A DNA stretch of 63,920 nucleotides, counting the filler, from Octopus bimaculoides (taxonomy: Eukaryota): the NCBI RefSeq assembly GCF_001194135.2. It is 5 parts of 5 records of this genome, joined end to end, with 100 filler letters (N's around TTAATTAATTAA, not from the genome) between each part and the next. Parts side by side here need not be neighbours in the genome. Positions count along the whole stretch, not along the records: positions 1 to 9,960 come from NC_068999.1; positions 10,061 to 39,944 come from NC_068982.1; 3 more parts are not named here. One strand, given 5' to 3'. The notes beneath the pieces were generated by a model that was given only the letters and a program-made list of their open reading frames with translations, searched no databases and was not told where the DNA came from. The position numbers were made by a program, and so were the translations under genes. Below are positions 1-12,011 of the stretch, piece after piece (within the stretch, counting starts at the first letter, position 1; every line of letters starts with the position of its first letter).

Positions 1-444
1 GCGCGCCTGCGAGAAACAGAGTATGTGTGAGAAGCAGTTAAACAGTCAGATAGTAACTGACAAGGTTGATATCGCGAGCACGAGGGGTATTTGAGGACAC
101 TTAATTGTCTGCATATTACTCTTTTCGAACCAATTAAAAGGGTTTTATTTCTTTCGGATCCCTCAACGACAGATAAAATACTAACACGGGGAATGCAAAT
201 ACATGTAATCGCTGTTGCCATATGTCCCGAACACATCGATTTCTGCATAAGAACGTGTGTTAGCAACGTTTGCGTCTACCCAATTCTTTCAGAAGGCATT
301 GGTCAGGTTTTGGCCTCTAGGAAAAGACAATGGCCCAAGGTGATCTACAGCGGCCTGAAATCGAAACCAGATCGCTTCATAGCTAGTCCCGGTTTCACGC
401 TTTGTGCATTCCAAGGAACAAGACGACTGAATATTCTCTTTATT

Positions 445-650
445 CTTTTACTTTTTCGGTCATTTGACTGCGGCCATGCTGGAGCACCGCCTTTAGTCGA
501 GCAAATCGACCCCAGGACTTATTTTTTGGAAGCCTAGTACTTATTCTATCGGTCTCTTTTGCCGAACCGCTAGGTTACGGGGATGTAAACACAAGTCCTT
601 GTGAGTGGACATGGTAGACGGAAACTGAAACAAGCCCGTTGTATGTGTGT
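445..650. mobile_element. SINE family A fragments: 3' half on minus (about 445-593) joined to a short plus-strand middle piece (about 597-650)
   Basis: tcatttgactgcggccatgctggagcaccgcc...gccgaaccgct recurs at 26695-26890 and, reversed, at 4620-4750 and 44170-44335; ccttgtgagtgg...gacggaaactgaaa recurs at 4477 and 44080. Confidence 0.85.
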
Positions 651-1556
651 GTGTGTGTGTGTGTGTGTNNNNNNNNNNNNNNNNNNNNNNNNNNNNNNNN
701 NNNNNNNNNNNNNNNNNNNNNNNNNNNNNNNNNNNNNNNNNNNNNNNNNNNNNNNNNNNNNNNNNNNNNNNNNNNNNNNNNNNNNNNNNNNNNNNNNNNN
801 NNNNNNNNNNNNNNNNNNNNNNNNNNNNNNNNNNNNNNNNNNNNNNNNNNNNNNNNNNNNNNNNNNNNNNNNNNNNNNNNNNNNNNNNNNNNNNNNNNNN
901 NNNNNNNNNNNNNNNNNNNNNNNNNNNNNNNNNNNNNNNNNNNNNNNNNNNNNNNNNNNNNNNNNNNNNNNNNNNNNNNNNNNNNNNNNNNNNNNNNNNN
1001 NNNNNNNNNNNNNNNNNNNNNNNNNNNNNNNNNNNNNNNNNNNNNNNNNNNNNNNNNNNNNNNNNNNNNNNNNNNNNNNNNNNNNNNNNNNNNNNNNNNN
1101 NNNNNNNNNNNNNNNNNNNNNNNNNNNNNNNNNNNNNNNNNNNNNNNNNNNNNNNNNNNNNNNNNNNNNNNNNNNNNNNNNNNNNNNNNNNNNNNNNNNN
1201 NNNNNNNNNNNNNNNNNNNNNNNNNNNNNNNNNNNNNNNNNNNNNNNNNNNNNNNNNNNNNNNNNNNNNNNNNNNNNNNNNNNNNNNNNNNNNNNNNNNN
1301 NNNNNNNNNNNNNNNNNNNNNNNNNNNNNNNNNNNNNNNNNNNNNNNNNNNNNNNNNNNNNNNNNNNNNNNNNNNNNNNNNNNNNNNNNNNNNNNNNNNN
1401 NNNNNNNNNNNNNNNNNNNNNNNNNNNNNNNNNNNNNNNNNNNNNNNNNNNNNNNNNNNNNNNNNNNNNNNNNNNNNNNNNNNNNNNNNNNNNNNNNNNN
1501 NNNNNNNNNNNNNNNNNNNNNNNNNNNNNNNNNNNNNNNNNNNNNNNNNNNNNNNN

Positions 1557-1591
<35 letters not shown>

Positions 1592-1970
1592 TGTATGGAT
1601 AGTAAATATTATATATGTGTATATATCATATGCAAACCGGAGAGATTTGACTAATTTAAAAACAGTAATTAAAAATTAATGGCTGGTTATACATTTGAGA
1701 ATGGAATTCATAAAATAAAATGAGAAGCAAATCAATTAACCTAGCAATCACATCTAATTGTAAAAATATATTTTGGAGATATATCGCTTAGTAAATTTCA
1801 TGATATATATATGTGTGTATATATATATATACTTATATATATGTATACATATATATATATATATAGACATATATATATGCATACATATATATATAGAGAC
1901 ATATATATACATATATATAGACATATATATACATATATATATAAAATTATATATAGACTTNNNNNNNNNN

Positions 1971-2004
<34 letters not shown>

Positions 2005-2168
2005 GTGTGTGTGCCTGTGTGTGTTTGAATGTGCGTGTGTTTGAACGTATGTAAGTTAATGCAGATGTAGGTGTGCATGTTTAAATCAGTAATTATACGT
2101 ATAACTGCCTGTGCGTAAGTATCTGTGTGAATATAATTATATACGAATTTAGTCATCTATCTATGTGC

Positions 2169-2211
<43 letters not shown>

Positions 2212-2293
2212 AAAGCATGCAGGCATATATACATATATACGTTCGTGCATGCATGCTTTCATGTATATATGCAAGTGTGTACCAGTGTGCTTG

Positions 2294-2328
<35 letters not shown>

Positions 2329-2490
2329 GCGTGTATGCACGCGAACATATGCTGTGCATCATTTTATATATGCATGAAACGATGTATGTTTTATAAACTC
2401 ACACACGCATATTAGTTTATATATATTATGTGCTTATGAAGAAATGTAAATTATCATTTTGATATTTTTTAACTTAATTTTGTATTTTTG

Positions 2491-2541
<51 letters not shown>

Positions 2542-3523
2542 NNNNNNNNNNNNNNNNNNNNNNNNNNNNNNNNNNNNNNNNNNNNNNNNNNNNNNNNNNN
2601 NNNNNNNNNNNNNNNNNNNNNNNNNNNNNNNNNNNNNNNNNNNNNNNNNNNNNNNNNNNNNNNNNNNNNNNNNNNNNNNNNNNNNNNNNNNNNNNNNNNN
2701 NNNNNNNNNNNNNNNNNNNNNNNNNNNNNNNNNNNNNNNNNNNNNNNNNNNNNNNNNNNNNNNNNNNNNNNNNNNNNNNNNNNNNNNNNNNNNNNNNNNN
2801 NNNNNNNNNNNNNNNNNNNNNNNNNNNNNNNNNNNNNNNNNNNNNNNNNNNNNNNNNNNNNNNNNNNNNNNNNNNNNNNNNNNNNNNNNNNNNNNNNNNN
2901 NNNNNNNNNNNNNNNNNNNNNNNNNNNNNNNNNNNNNNNNNNNNNNNNNNNNNNNNNNNNNNNNNNNNNNNNNNNNNNNNNNNNNNNNNNNNNNNNNNNN
3001 NNNNNNNNNNNNNNNNNNNNNNNNNNNNNNNNNNNNNNNNNNNNNNNNNNNNNNNNNNNNNNNNNNNNNNNNNNNNNNNNNNNNNNNNNNNNNNNNNNNN
3101 NNNNNNNNNNNNNNNNNNNNNNNNNNNNNNNNNNNNNNNNNNNNNNNNNNNNNNNNNNNNNNNNNNNNNNNNNNNNNNNNNNNNNNNNNNNNNNNNNNNN
3201 NNNNNNNNNNNNNNNNNNNNNNNNNNNNNNNNNNNNNNNNNNNNNNNNNNNNNNNNNNNNNNNNNNNNNNNNNNNNNNNNNNNNNNNNNNNNNNNNNNNN
3301 NNNNNNNNNNNNNNNNNNNNNNNNNNNNNNNNNNNNNNNNNNNNNNNNNNNNNNNNNNNNNNNNNNNNNNNNNNNNNNNNNNNNNNNNNNNNNNNNNNNN
3401 NNNNNNNNNNNNNNNNNNNNNNNNNNNNNNNNNNNNNNNNNNNNNNNNNNNNNNNNNNNNNNNNNNNNNNNNNNNNNATATATATATATATATATATATA
3501 TTATTATTATTATTATTATTATT

Positions 3524-3562
<39 letters not shown>

Positions 3563-4006
3563 TAGTATTTCTATTGAATATATACGCACGTACACATGCA
3601 TCCTGAGATTTTATTAAATTTATAGAGCACTCAGAACTTACGCACGGACTTTTCACTTCACACTCATCTACCTTTGTTGAAAACTCTCCCTTTAAAACTA
3701 ACGGCCCCATATACAAGGCTACATATATCAAACTATCACAGAATTTCGCAAAATTTAAAAACCTTTCACTTTCGAACTACAAATTTCCTCATCAATGCCA
3801 AAATGTTCTGCATTACCATACACATATCATATCTATATATTTTATCTTCAAGCATCTGTAAATATTATTCTCAAATACAAACACAATCTACACCAATTTT
3901 TCACTACTGTTGCATACGTTTATACACAACTAAACACTAACACAAGCAGTAAATCAATAATAAACAGATATATTTAAAAAAAAACAAACAAACAAGAAAC
4001 TCTAAG

Positions 4007-4382
4007 ATGACTACTCAACAACAAAAATCTAAGAAAAAATTGGCCTGAGAATGAAATAGAGCTTCTGATAAATTTATGGTACAGTCTTGCCCAAACGAAG
4101 AACATAGACACATCATGCCGCGACCTAATAATGGCCAGATGTACAATTCAACTTTTCAGAAATCGCTCCGAGAAGCAGATTCAAAACAAACTTAAACAAA
4201 TTGAAATGGCATTTATATTAATTAATAGGCATTTTGTAATACTCCAACTTGTTTTCTCTTCAAATACAGGTCAACAGCAACACCAACAACAACAATCACA
4301 GAAACAACAACGACCAGGTCAGCAAAAACAACAACAACCACAGCAGGAACTACTGACCCAGCCTGACGTGGCTGTATGTTAA
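4007..4382 (+). pseudogene. Frameshifted Myb/SANT-like domain followed by a Gln-rich tract, probably a TE-derived ORF remnant
   Basis: Reads KNWPENEIELLINLWYSLAQ...LFRNRSEKQIQNKLKQIE, matching the W-x3-E-x2-LL...RS-x2-QI-x2-K helix-turn-helix pattern. ATG at 4007 joins this frame only if one A is removed from the A6 run near 4034-4039. The 3' end overlaps a SINE head. Confidence 0.4.
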
Positions 4383-4750
4383 GTAGCTTGCTTACCAACA
4401 ACATGATCCCGGGTTCAGTCCCACTGCATGGCACCTTTGGTAACTGTCCTCTACTATAGCCTCGAGCCGACCAAAGCCTTGTGAGTAGATTTGGTAGACG
4501 GAAACTGAAAGAAGCCCATCTTATATATGTATGTATGTATATATATATATATATATATATGTTTGTGTGTCTGTGTTTGTCCTCCCACCATCGCTTGACA
4601 AGCGATGTTGGTATGTTTACATCCCCGTAACTTAGCGTTTCGGCAGAAGTGACCGATATAATAAGTTCTAGGCTTACAAAGAATAAGTCCTAGGTTCGAT
4701 TTGCTCCACGAAAGGCGGTGCTCCACCATGGCTGCAATCAAATGACTGAA
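4367..4750 (+). mobile_element. tRNA-derived SINE family A, near full length
   Basis: Head gtggctgtatgttaag...ggttcagtccc with A/B-box-like motifs, internal (TA/TG)n, 3' part ...ggcggtgctcc...caaatgactgaa; further copies at 35312 and 43968. Confidence 0.9.
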
Positions 4751-5848
4751 NNNNNNNNNNNNNNNNNNNNNNNNNNNNNNNNNNNNNNNNNNNNNNNNNN
4801 NNNNNNNNNNNNNNNNNNNNNNNNNNNNNNNNNNNNNNNNNNNNNNNNNNNNNNNNNNNNNNNNNNNNNNNNNNNNNNNNNNNNNNNNNNNNNNNNNNNN
4901 NNNNNNNNNNNNNNNNNNNNNNNNNNNNNNNNNNNNNNNNNNNNNNNNNNNNNNNNNNNNNNNNNNNNNNNNNNNNNNNNNNNNNNNNNNNNNNNNNNNN
5001 NNNNNNNNNNNNNNNNNNNNNNNNNNNNNNNNNNNNNNNNNNNNNNNNNNNNNNNNNNNNNNNNNNNNNNNNNNNNNNNNNNNNNNNNNNNNNNNNNNNN
5101 NNNNNNNNNNNNNNNNNNNNNNNNNNNNNNNNNNNNNNNNNNNNNNNNNNNNNNNNNNNNNNNNNNNNNNNNNNNNNNNNNNNNNNNNNNNNNNNNNNNN
5201 NNNNNNNNNNNNNNNNNNNNNNNNNNNNNNNNNNNNNNNNNNNNNNNNNNNNNNNNNNNNNNNNNNNNNNNNNNNNNNNNNNNNNNNNNNNNNNNNNNNN
5301 NNNNNNNNNNNNNNNNNNNNNNNNNNNNNNNNNNNNNNNNNNNNNNNNNNNNNNNNNNNNNNNNNNNNNNNNNNNNNNNNNNNNNNNNNNNNNNNNNNNN
5401 NNNNNNNNNNNNNNNNNNNNNNNNNNNNNNNNNNNNNNNNNNNNNNNNNNNNNNNNNNNNNNNNNNNNNNNNNNNNNNNNNNNNNNNNNNNNNNNNNNNN
5501 NNNNNNNNNNNNNNNNNNNNNNNNNNNNNNNNNNNNNNNNNNNNNNNNNNNNNNNNNNNNNNNNNNNNNNNNNNNNNNNNNNNNNNNNNNNNNNNNNNNN
5601 NNNNNNNNNNNNNNNNNNNNNNNNNNNNNNNNNNNNNNNNNNNNNNNNNNNNNNNNNNNNNNNNNNNNNNNNNNNNNNNNNNNNNNNNNNNNNNNNNNNN
5701 NNNNNNNNNNNNNNNNNNNNNNNNNNNNNNNNNNNNNNNNNNTATACAGTCACACACACACACACAAATTCTAATCAAGTATTAAGCATAATTTGTCTTC
5801 CTATTTTCCTTTTGGCATTCTGAAGATCATTCAAATGTAGATATCTGA

Positions 5849-5976
5849 GAGCAGAATAAAACTAGGGATTTAGTTTTTCTTTTCATTATTATAACATCAC
5901 AAATAACTCTTTTTTATGTAATTTATGATGTTATAGTAATAAAAGGATAAACTAAATCTCCTCTTTTATTCTGCTC
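5849..5976. repeat. 128-bp imperfect palindrome (MITE-like or fold-back)
   Basis: Arm 5849-5904 (gagcagaataaaa...ataacatcacaaat) is about 80-85% complementary to 5921-5976, with a 16-nt spacer. Confidence 0.85.
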
Positions 5977-6849
5977 GTGTATATATGTGGGCCGCAACAG
6001 TTTTGACAAATCCAAAGTCGTTTTTTCTCTCTTTATATTGTATACATTCCAATTAAATACAGGATGGACGGGCGGTTAATTGCAGCAAAGCATTCATGAA
6101 ATAGTTATACAGATGTTAGTATGAATATAATAAGCAGGATTTATTTGCGATGTCAAATAAATTTTGAATTAGTCGCTTGGAACTCATCATTGAAAATACT
6201 TCATTTATGCTTTATATAAAGATGAAACCTCTTGACAAATAACTGGCTGGAATCAATGACGTATTGTCAGCGCAGAGCAAAAGAAACGTGTTGAAGTTAT
6301 AAGACTGCAGAAGTCGAAACTCAAACCGAACAACAAATCCGATCAGAACACATCATAACACTCTAAAAACTGCAGTTTTACCGAGAACTCTCGCAGCTAT
6401 CTGCTTGGGAATTAATTTATTTATGTGCTTCGACGAATAATTACTGCAGTGTGTGTTGAGGTAATATCGTGGGTTAATTACGACAAATTTTATTATCTGT
6501 TGACTCGACTATCGCTAGTGTATATACGTATGTTTGTGTGTGTGCGTGTGTGGTGGGGTACATGTGTGTGTGTGTGACTGTCTGAAATGTTTTCATTGAA
6601 CATCTAATTCTATTTTATAGTTTTTCCTAATTATATACAAACACATATACACGCACACACGCACACATATATAACCTTAGAAGGGAATTGGCCGATCAAT
6701 CAAAACATTTCAAACTCTGGTAGTTCATATGTATTGACCGCCACTATTAATTTCATGTACGACTTTTTTTTTCCCTGTATCGTACAATTAATATCGCATC
6801 ATATAACAAATATTAATATATTTATAGAAATAATTTATATTAAAACTGT

Positions 6850-7236
6850 CGTGGCGCTCCGTCGGTTACGACGACGAGGGTTCCAGTTGATCCGATCAAC
6901 GGAACAGCCTGCTCGTGAAATTAACGTGCAAGTGGCTGAGCACTCCACAGACACGTGTACCCCTAACGTAGTTCTCAGAGGGTGGGATTCAGCGTGACAC
7001 AGAGTGTAAGAGGGCTGGCCCTTTGAAATACAAGTGCAACAGAAACAGGAAGAAAAAGTGAGAAAAAGTTGTGGCGAAAGAGTACAGAAGGGCTCACCAC
7101 CACACCCTGCCGGAACCTCGTGGAGCTTTAGATTTTTTCGCTCAATAAACACTCACAACGCCCGGTCTGGGAATCGAAACCGCGATCCCACGACCGAGAG
7201 TCCGCTGCCCAAACCACTGGGCCATTGCACCTTCAC
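6850..7236 (-). mobile_element. Young tRNA-derived SINE (family C) with a 12-bp target-site duplication
   Basis: Exact direct repeat tattaaaactgt at 6838-6849 and 7237-7248. Minus-strand head tggcccagtggtttgg (A box) and ggtttcgattccc (B box); CpG-rich. Confidence 0.92.
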
Positions 7237-7265
7237 TATTAAAACTGTACTAACTCGCGTAACAA

Positions 7266-7370
7266 GTGTATGATGATGATGATGATATTGATTGTGGTGG
7301 TGGTGGTGGTGGTGGTGGTGGCGTCGATGGTGGTGGGGGCGATGATGATGATGTTGATGATGGTGGTGGT
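7266..7370. repeat. (GAT)n/(GGT)n trinucleotide low-complexity tract
   Basis: Directly visible; explains the spurious poly-His/Gly/Val ORFs. Confidence 0.95.
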
Positions 7371-7496
7371 NNNNNNNNNNNNNNNNNNNNNNNNNNNNNN
7401 NNNNNNNNNNNNNNNNNNNNNNNTGATATTCTTCACACTCCCTGTTTTTGGTGGAACTCATTTTCAGCCGAATGAACTGAAGCCACTTACAAAACA

Positions 7497-7527
<31 letters not shown>

Positions 7528-8292
7528 AAATAAAAACAAAAAAAAATTTTTCGCTCAAGAACGCAATACGTTCGCTCGGTTTGGGAGTCGAAACCGCGAC
7601 CTCCTTGATTGAGACCGTCACTACAAAAAAAAACAAAAAAAAAATTACCCTAACCACCAGGCCAACACAGTAACAAGTTCGGTCATTGTAGTAACATACA
7701 GCAACGTCTTAGAAGATAATGGTTAAACCATTCTCGGCGTTGCAGACTAGTTAGATTTTGAACATTAAATACATCCGTAAGGCTCATTACGCCCTCCCAT
7801 TCCGCTCTCCTTTACCAATATTGAGGAATTTTGATATATCTATACGAATCTCCCTTTGATGTGTGGTAACTTATGTTAGTGTTAAAATATTTCGATGGCT
7901 TGACCCCAGGGTTTTCTCACTAAACCTTTAAGTATGCAGACGACCATACAGCATAAAAATGTAGCCTTAATATAACGGAGATCTATACAACTTACCTAGC
8001 AGGACATTACCGGCCATTTTATGTGTGAAATACGAAATATTTGAAGTCTCATCACAAGAAATTATAGGCCTAATAATCTTTAGAACTATTATGGAAGCGA
8101 CTACTTCAAGAAGTGTGAAGAACTAAAGAACCATAAACAGTGACTTAAATAATAAATTCAATGATAGAAACTTTTACAACAACAAGAATTGCACAAACTC
8201 TAACTTCGCTAGAATAAAGAACCAATTTCTACGCAACTGTAACGTGTCTGCAAGTGAACTAAACACGAACAACAATGGCGACGCCAACGGCA

Positions 8293-8545
8293 ATCATTAT
8301 TATTATTATCATCATCATCATCATCATCATTGATGGATTGTGGTGGTGGTGACGGACGGCGGCAGTGGTGGTGGTGGTGGCGGTGGCGGCGGTAGCGGCG
8401 GCGGCGGTAGCGGCGGCGGCGGCGGTAGCGGCGGTAGCGGCGGTGGTAGCGGCGGCGGCGGTGATGATTATGATGGTTGTGGCGATGATGATAGTAATAG
8501 TGGTGGTGGTGGAGATGGATGCGGCGGCGGCAATGATGGCGATTG
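8293..8545. repeat. (ATT)/(ATC)/(GGT)/(GGC)n compound trinucleotide tract
   Basis: Directly visible GC-rich triplet runs. Confidence 0.95.
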
Positions 8546-9477
8546 ACTCCGTCTCTCATGCTGGCTGGGTTTATCATCTTCCTTATTCTCGCCATTCCAT
8601 ATTTCTAATAAAGACGAAATATTTTGATCTCAAGCCAGACTATTTCAAGTGCGCAGACAATAGTTGTAATAGGAAAAGTTATTTATTGTTTATTAAATTC
8701 TCCTTTCTAATTACCGTTTCCATTTAATTCAGGAATTGTTATAAAACGCTGACCGTGTTACGACTTTGGTCAGCCGAAGTTATAACTATTGATCATCTTA
8801 CCGCCCTTCTATCGAATACATTTAAAGTGCTGACCCAAAACATGTCTCTTTTATTGCTTATGACAATGTATCAACTTCAACGCGAAGAGATCAGCGGACG
8901 CCCAGGCTTTCTGTCAAATTTTATATTCGATTTTAGAATTTGAAAATTGATTGCTTTCGTTTAATGAAATTTCCTGTGTCTTCTTATTTAACTGGCATCG
9001 CCAGCCAAGACTGCGTTCATTTAGTTTTCGTTTAGAGCAGTTCTCGCGGAAAACCATGTTATTCGTCTTGTTCCGTCTTCTGCCACCACCACCATCCACG
9101 TCTATACACACTGCACTTTATCTCCACCAAAATATATCGAGGTGGATTGGTTTATATTTGTCATGTGGATTCAATTAATATGCTGCACTGGCTGTCAAGG
9201 AGATTGGGTAGAGGCAGATTGCATCTATCACAAACAAATAAACTCAGACAGATTTGTGTCAAGCACCACAACCCAACAATCAGATTCTTACTCTGCATTC
9301 CATCACTATCTAAGATTGGGTTGATTGCACATCTCGACGAAACAAGCCCAGGTAGATTCGCGTTTGACACAACTCAAATACCAGATATGCGGCAGCTACA
9401 GGTACCACTTAACACCAAGTACACAGCAACTACTCCAACCAATCCAATCTCCGTGCAGCAGCGTAGCTATGAGGGGT

Positions 9478-9800
9478 AAACACACCAACATCGGTTGTCA
9501 AGCAATGGTTGGGGGGGACAAACACACACATAGAAACACACACACAGACACACACACAGACACACACACATATATACAACGGGCTTCTTTCAGTTTCCGT
9601 CTACCAAATCCACTCACAAGGCTTAATTTTTCTTTTATACTTGTTCTAGCCATTTGACTGCGGCTGAGCTAGGGCACCGCTTTGAAGAATTTCAAGTTGA
9701 CTGAATCGAATCCAGTACTTATATTTTCTTTTAAAGACTGGTTCTTATTCTATTGTTCTCTTTTGCATAACTAATAAGAGGGACGTAAACACACTAATAC
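9478..9800 (-). mobile_element. SINE family A, two truncated pieces (middle about 9478-9622, 3' part about 9640-9800)
   Basis: acaccaacatcggttgtcaagc...gggcttctttcagtttccgtctaccaaatccactcacaagg and catttgactgcggc...gcaccgc match other copies. Confidence 0.8.
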
Positions 9801-10004
9801 CGGTTTTCAAGCGGAAGTGGGGACAAACACCCACCCACACACACATATACATTATGTATGTATGTATGAGGAATGCATGTATGTATTTATGTATGTATGT
9901 ATATATGCACGTATGAGGTATGTATGTATGTATATATATTTTTTTTCTGTGCGTCGACATNNNNNNNNNNNNNNNNNNNNNNNNNNNNNNNNNNNNNNNN
10001 NNNN

Positions 10005-10016
10005 TTAATTAATTAA
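10005..10016. other. Assembly join linker TTAATTAATTAA in a 44N+12+44N block (also 39989-40000, 59357-59368, 62284-62295)
   Basis: An identical 100-bp construct occurs four times and the 12-mer has stops in all six frames; artificial. Confidence 0.95.
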
Positions 10017-10060
10017 NNNNNNNNNNNNNNNNNNNNNNNNNNNNNNNNNNNNNNNNNNNN

Positions 10061-10297
10061 TTGTGCGGGTGGCACATAAAAGACACCATTTCGAGCGTGG
10101 CCGTTTTCGTGCGGGTGACACGTAAAAGCACCCACTACACTCTCTGAGTGGTTGGCGTTAGGAAGGGCATCCAGCTGTAGAAACTCTGCCAAATTAGATT
10201 GGAGCCTGGTGTTGCCATCCGATTTCACCAGTCCTCAGTCAAATCGTCCAACCCATGCTAGCATGGAAAGCGGACGTTAAACGATGATGATGATGAT
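10061..10297 (+). mobile_element. Repeat family B: RTE-associated 3' module with (GAT)n tail
   Basis: gtggttggcgttaggaagggcatccagctgtagaaac...ccaacccatgctagcatggaaagcggacgttaaacgatgatg; near-identical copy at 25915-26160. Confidence 0.9.
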
Positions 10298-10457
10298 TTA
10301 GATGTATATTCTATGTTTGTTAATATTGATGTAATATCTATCATATCCCAAGATTATGAAATTGCTATAAACAAATGGAATAAACATCTTTCTCACCCCA
10401 CTTCTCTTATGTGTGCGTGTATGTACATAAATAAATGCATACATATATGCATGTCAC

Positions 10458-10740
10458 AGGCATGGTAGTGCGGTTAAGAAGCTTGCTTGCAGCCACTGGG
10501 TTTCAAGTTCAGTCACACTGTGTGAGATTGTAGGCAAGTGGCTTCTTTCTTAGCCTTGGGCCAAACAATACTGAGTGAATTTGGTAAAAGGAAACTATGA
10601 AGAAGCCTGTCACATATTTGTGTGTGTCTTGTCCCCCCCACTGCTTGGCAAGCATTGTCGGTTTGCATACACTCTGTAACATAGCAGTTTGGCTAAAGAT
10701 CCAATACAAAAAAGTATCAGAGCTTTTAAAAAAAGCACTG
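10458..10740 (+). mobile_element. SINE family A, diverged copy
   Basis: ggcatggtagtgcggttaagaagcttgctt...aagttcagtcacactg head followed by a degenerate body. Confidence 0.75.
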
Positions 10741-10939
10741 ACGTATTTGAGACTCCACCCCACCCAACTGATAGTATGACCTCACATAAGTCAGAGTGGC
10801 TTGTGTGTTGTAAATTCATCAACAAGAAAGTCCCAAAACAGTGCACATTCTGCCCAGATGACCCCTAAAACCTACAGCATCTAGTATGTGGAGTTTTAGA
10901 ATGGCAGCACTTGCACAAGCAAGCTTTTTGCAAGTTCTT

Positions 10940-11133
10940 CCCCAACTCTCTCTCTCTCTGGTGTCAGTGCCACATAAAAAGCAACTGAGGTTAGGAAGAG
11001 CATCCAGTTGTAGAAACCATGCCAAAGTAGACAGTTGAGATCAGCACAGTTCATTGGCTCACAACTCTTGTTGAACTGTCCAACTAATGCTAGCATGGAA
11101 AGTGGATGTTAAATGGTGATGATTATGATATAT

Positions 11134-11166
<33 letters not shown>

Positions 11167-11365
11167 GTTTAACGTCCACTTTCCATGCTAGTATGGGTTG
11201 GACGATTTGACTGAGGACTGGTGAACCAGATGGCTACACCAGGCTCCAATCTGATTTGGCAGAGTTTCTACAGCTGGATGCCCTTCCTAACACCAACCAC
11301 TCCAAGAGTGTAGTGGGTGCTTTTACGTGCCACCGGCACGAAGGCCAGTCAGGTGGTACTGGCAA
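10940..11365. mobile_element. Two family B copies tail-to-tail (plus about 10940-11130, minus about 11135-11365)
   Basis: The (GAT) tail of the plus copy meets the (CAT)n of the minus copy; shared aggaagggcatccagctgtagaaac core in opposite orientations. Confidence 0.85.
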
Positions 11366-11678
11366 CGGCATCTTTTAAATTTCGTTTTTGGATTTGGTTT
11401 GCAAGATTATGTTGAAGTATATTTTGTTGTGCCTGAGGAGAGTCATTTTCTTTTAGTGCCTTATTATTTAACACACTCAATAGTAAAGTTTCCACTCATT
11501 TACTTATTCATTTTTCTAAAATTTTTATTGCGTCTTGCAACCTTTTCAGTGGTCATTGACTCTCTTTTAAATTTGTTTATGGGAAATGTTTTGAATATGC
11601 AAATAAAGCTCCTATTCCATTATGCTGGCTACAGTCTAATGATGCTGATTGGTGAACCAGTCTTTTGGGGTTGCATTG

Positions 11679-12011
11679 TTATAAACATTTACTGCATTGC
11701 TATGTGCATCTCAACAAATCACATGTCTCTTAAGATCACAGTCTGTATTCCTGGGATGATTACAGCGTACTCCATAGTATCTGTAGCCATTGGGTTGATC
11801 ATCTTCATGGATTCATTTCTTCAGGTAAAATAACATTAATGGATGTTTAACAGAGAGATGTTTATCCCTGAAAAAATGAATCCATGAAGATGATCAATCT
11901 GATGCCCATGGATACTACGGATTACACTGTAATCACTCCAGGAATACAGACTGTGATCTTAAGAGACATGTGATTTGTGGAAATGTGTAGCAATACATTA
12001 AATGTTTATAA
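11679..12011. repeat. 333-bp imperfect palindrome (arms about 155 bp, 21-nt loop)
   Basis: 11679-11836 vs 11858-12011 are about 80-85% complementary, with a perfect core acaaatcacatgtctcttaagatcacagtctgtattcctgg. Confidence 0.92.

Noticed and set aside
575-5785. Long listed ORFs spanning N gaps (also 25392-26004, 45668-47061, 61389-61928)
   Set aside because: They are open only because N codons are not stops; the flanks are dinucleotide repeats.
8340-8727. Poly-Gly/Ala/His ORFs (also 7153-7539, 51580-52024, 59414-60232)
   Set aside because: Translations of triplet microsatellites, open in several frames and on both strands, with no domain content.
11327-11833. 168-aa hydrophobic ORF
   Set aside because: Starts in a family B repeat and runs through one arm of the palindrome; the hydrophobicity reflects T-richness.
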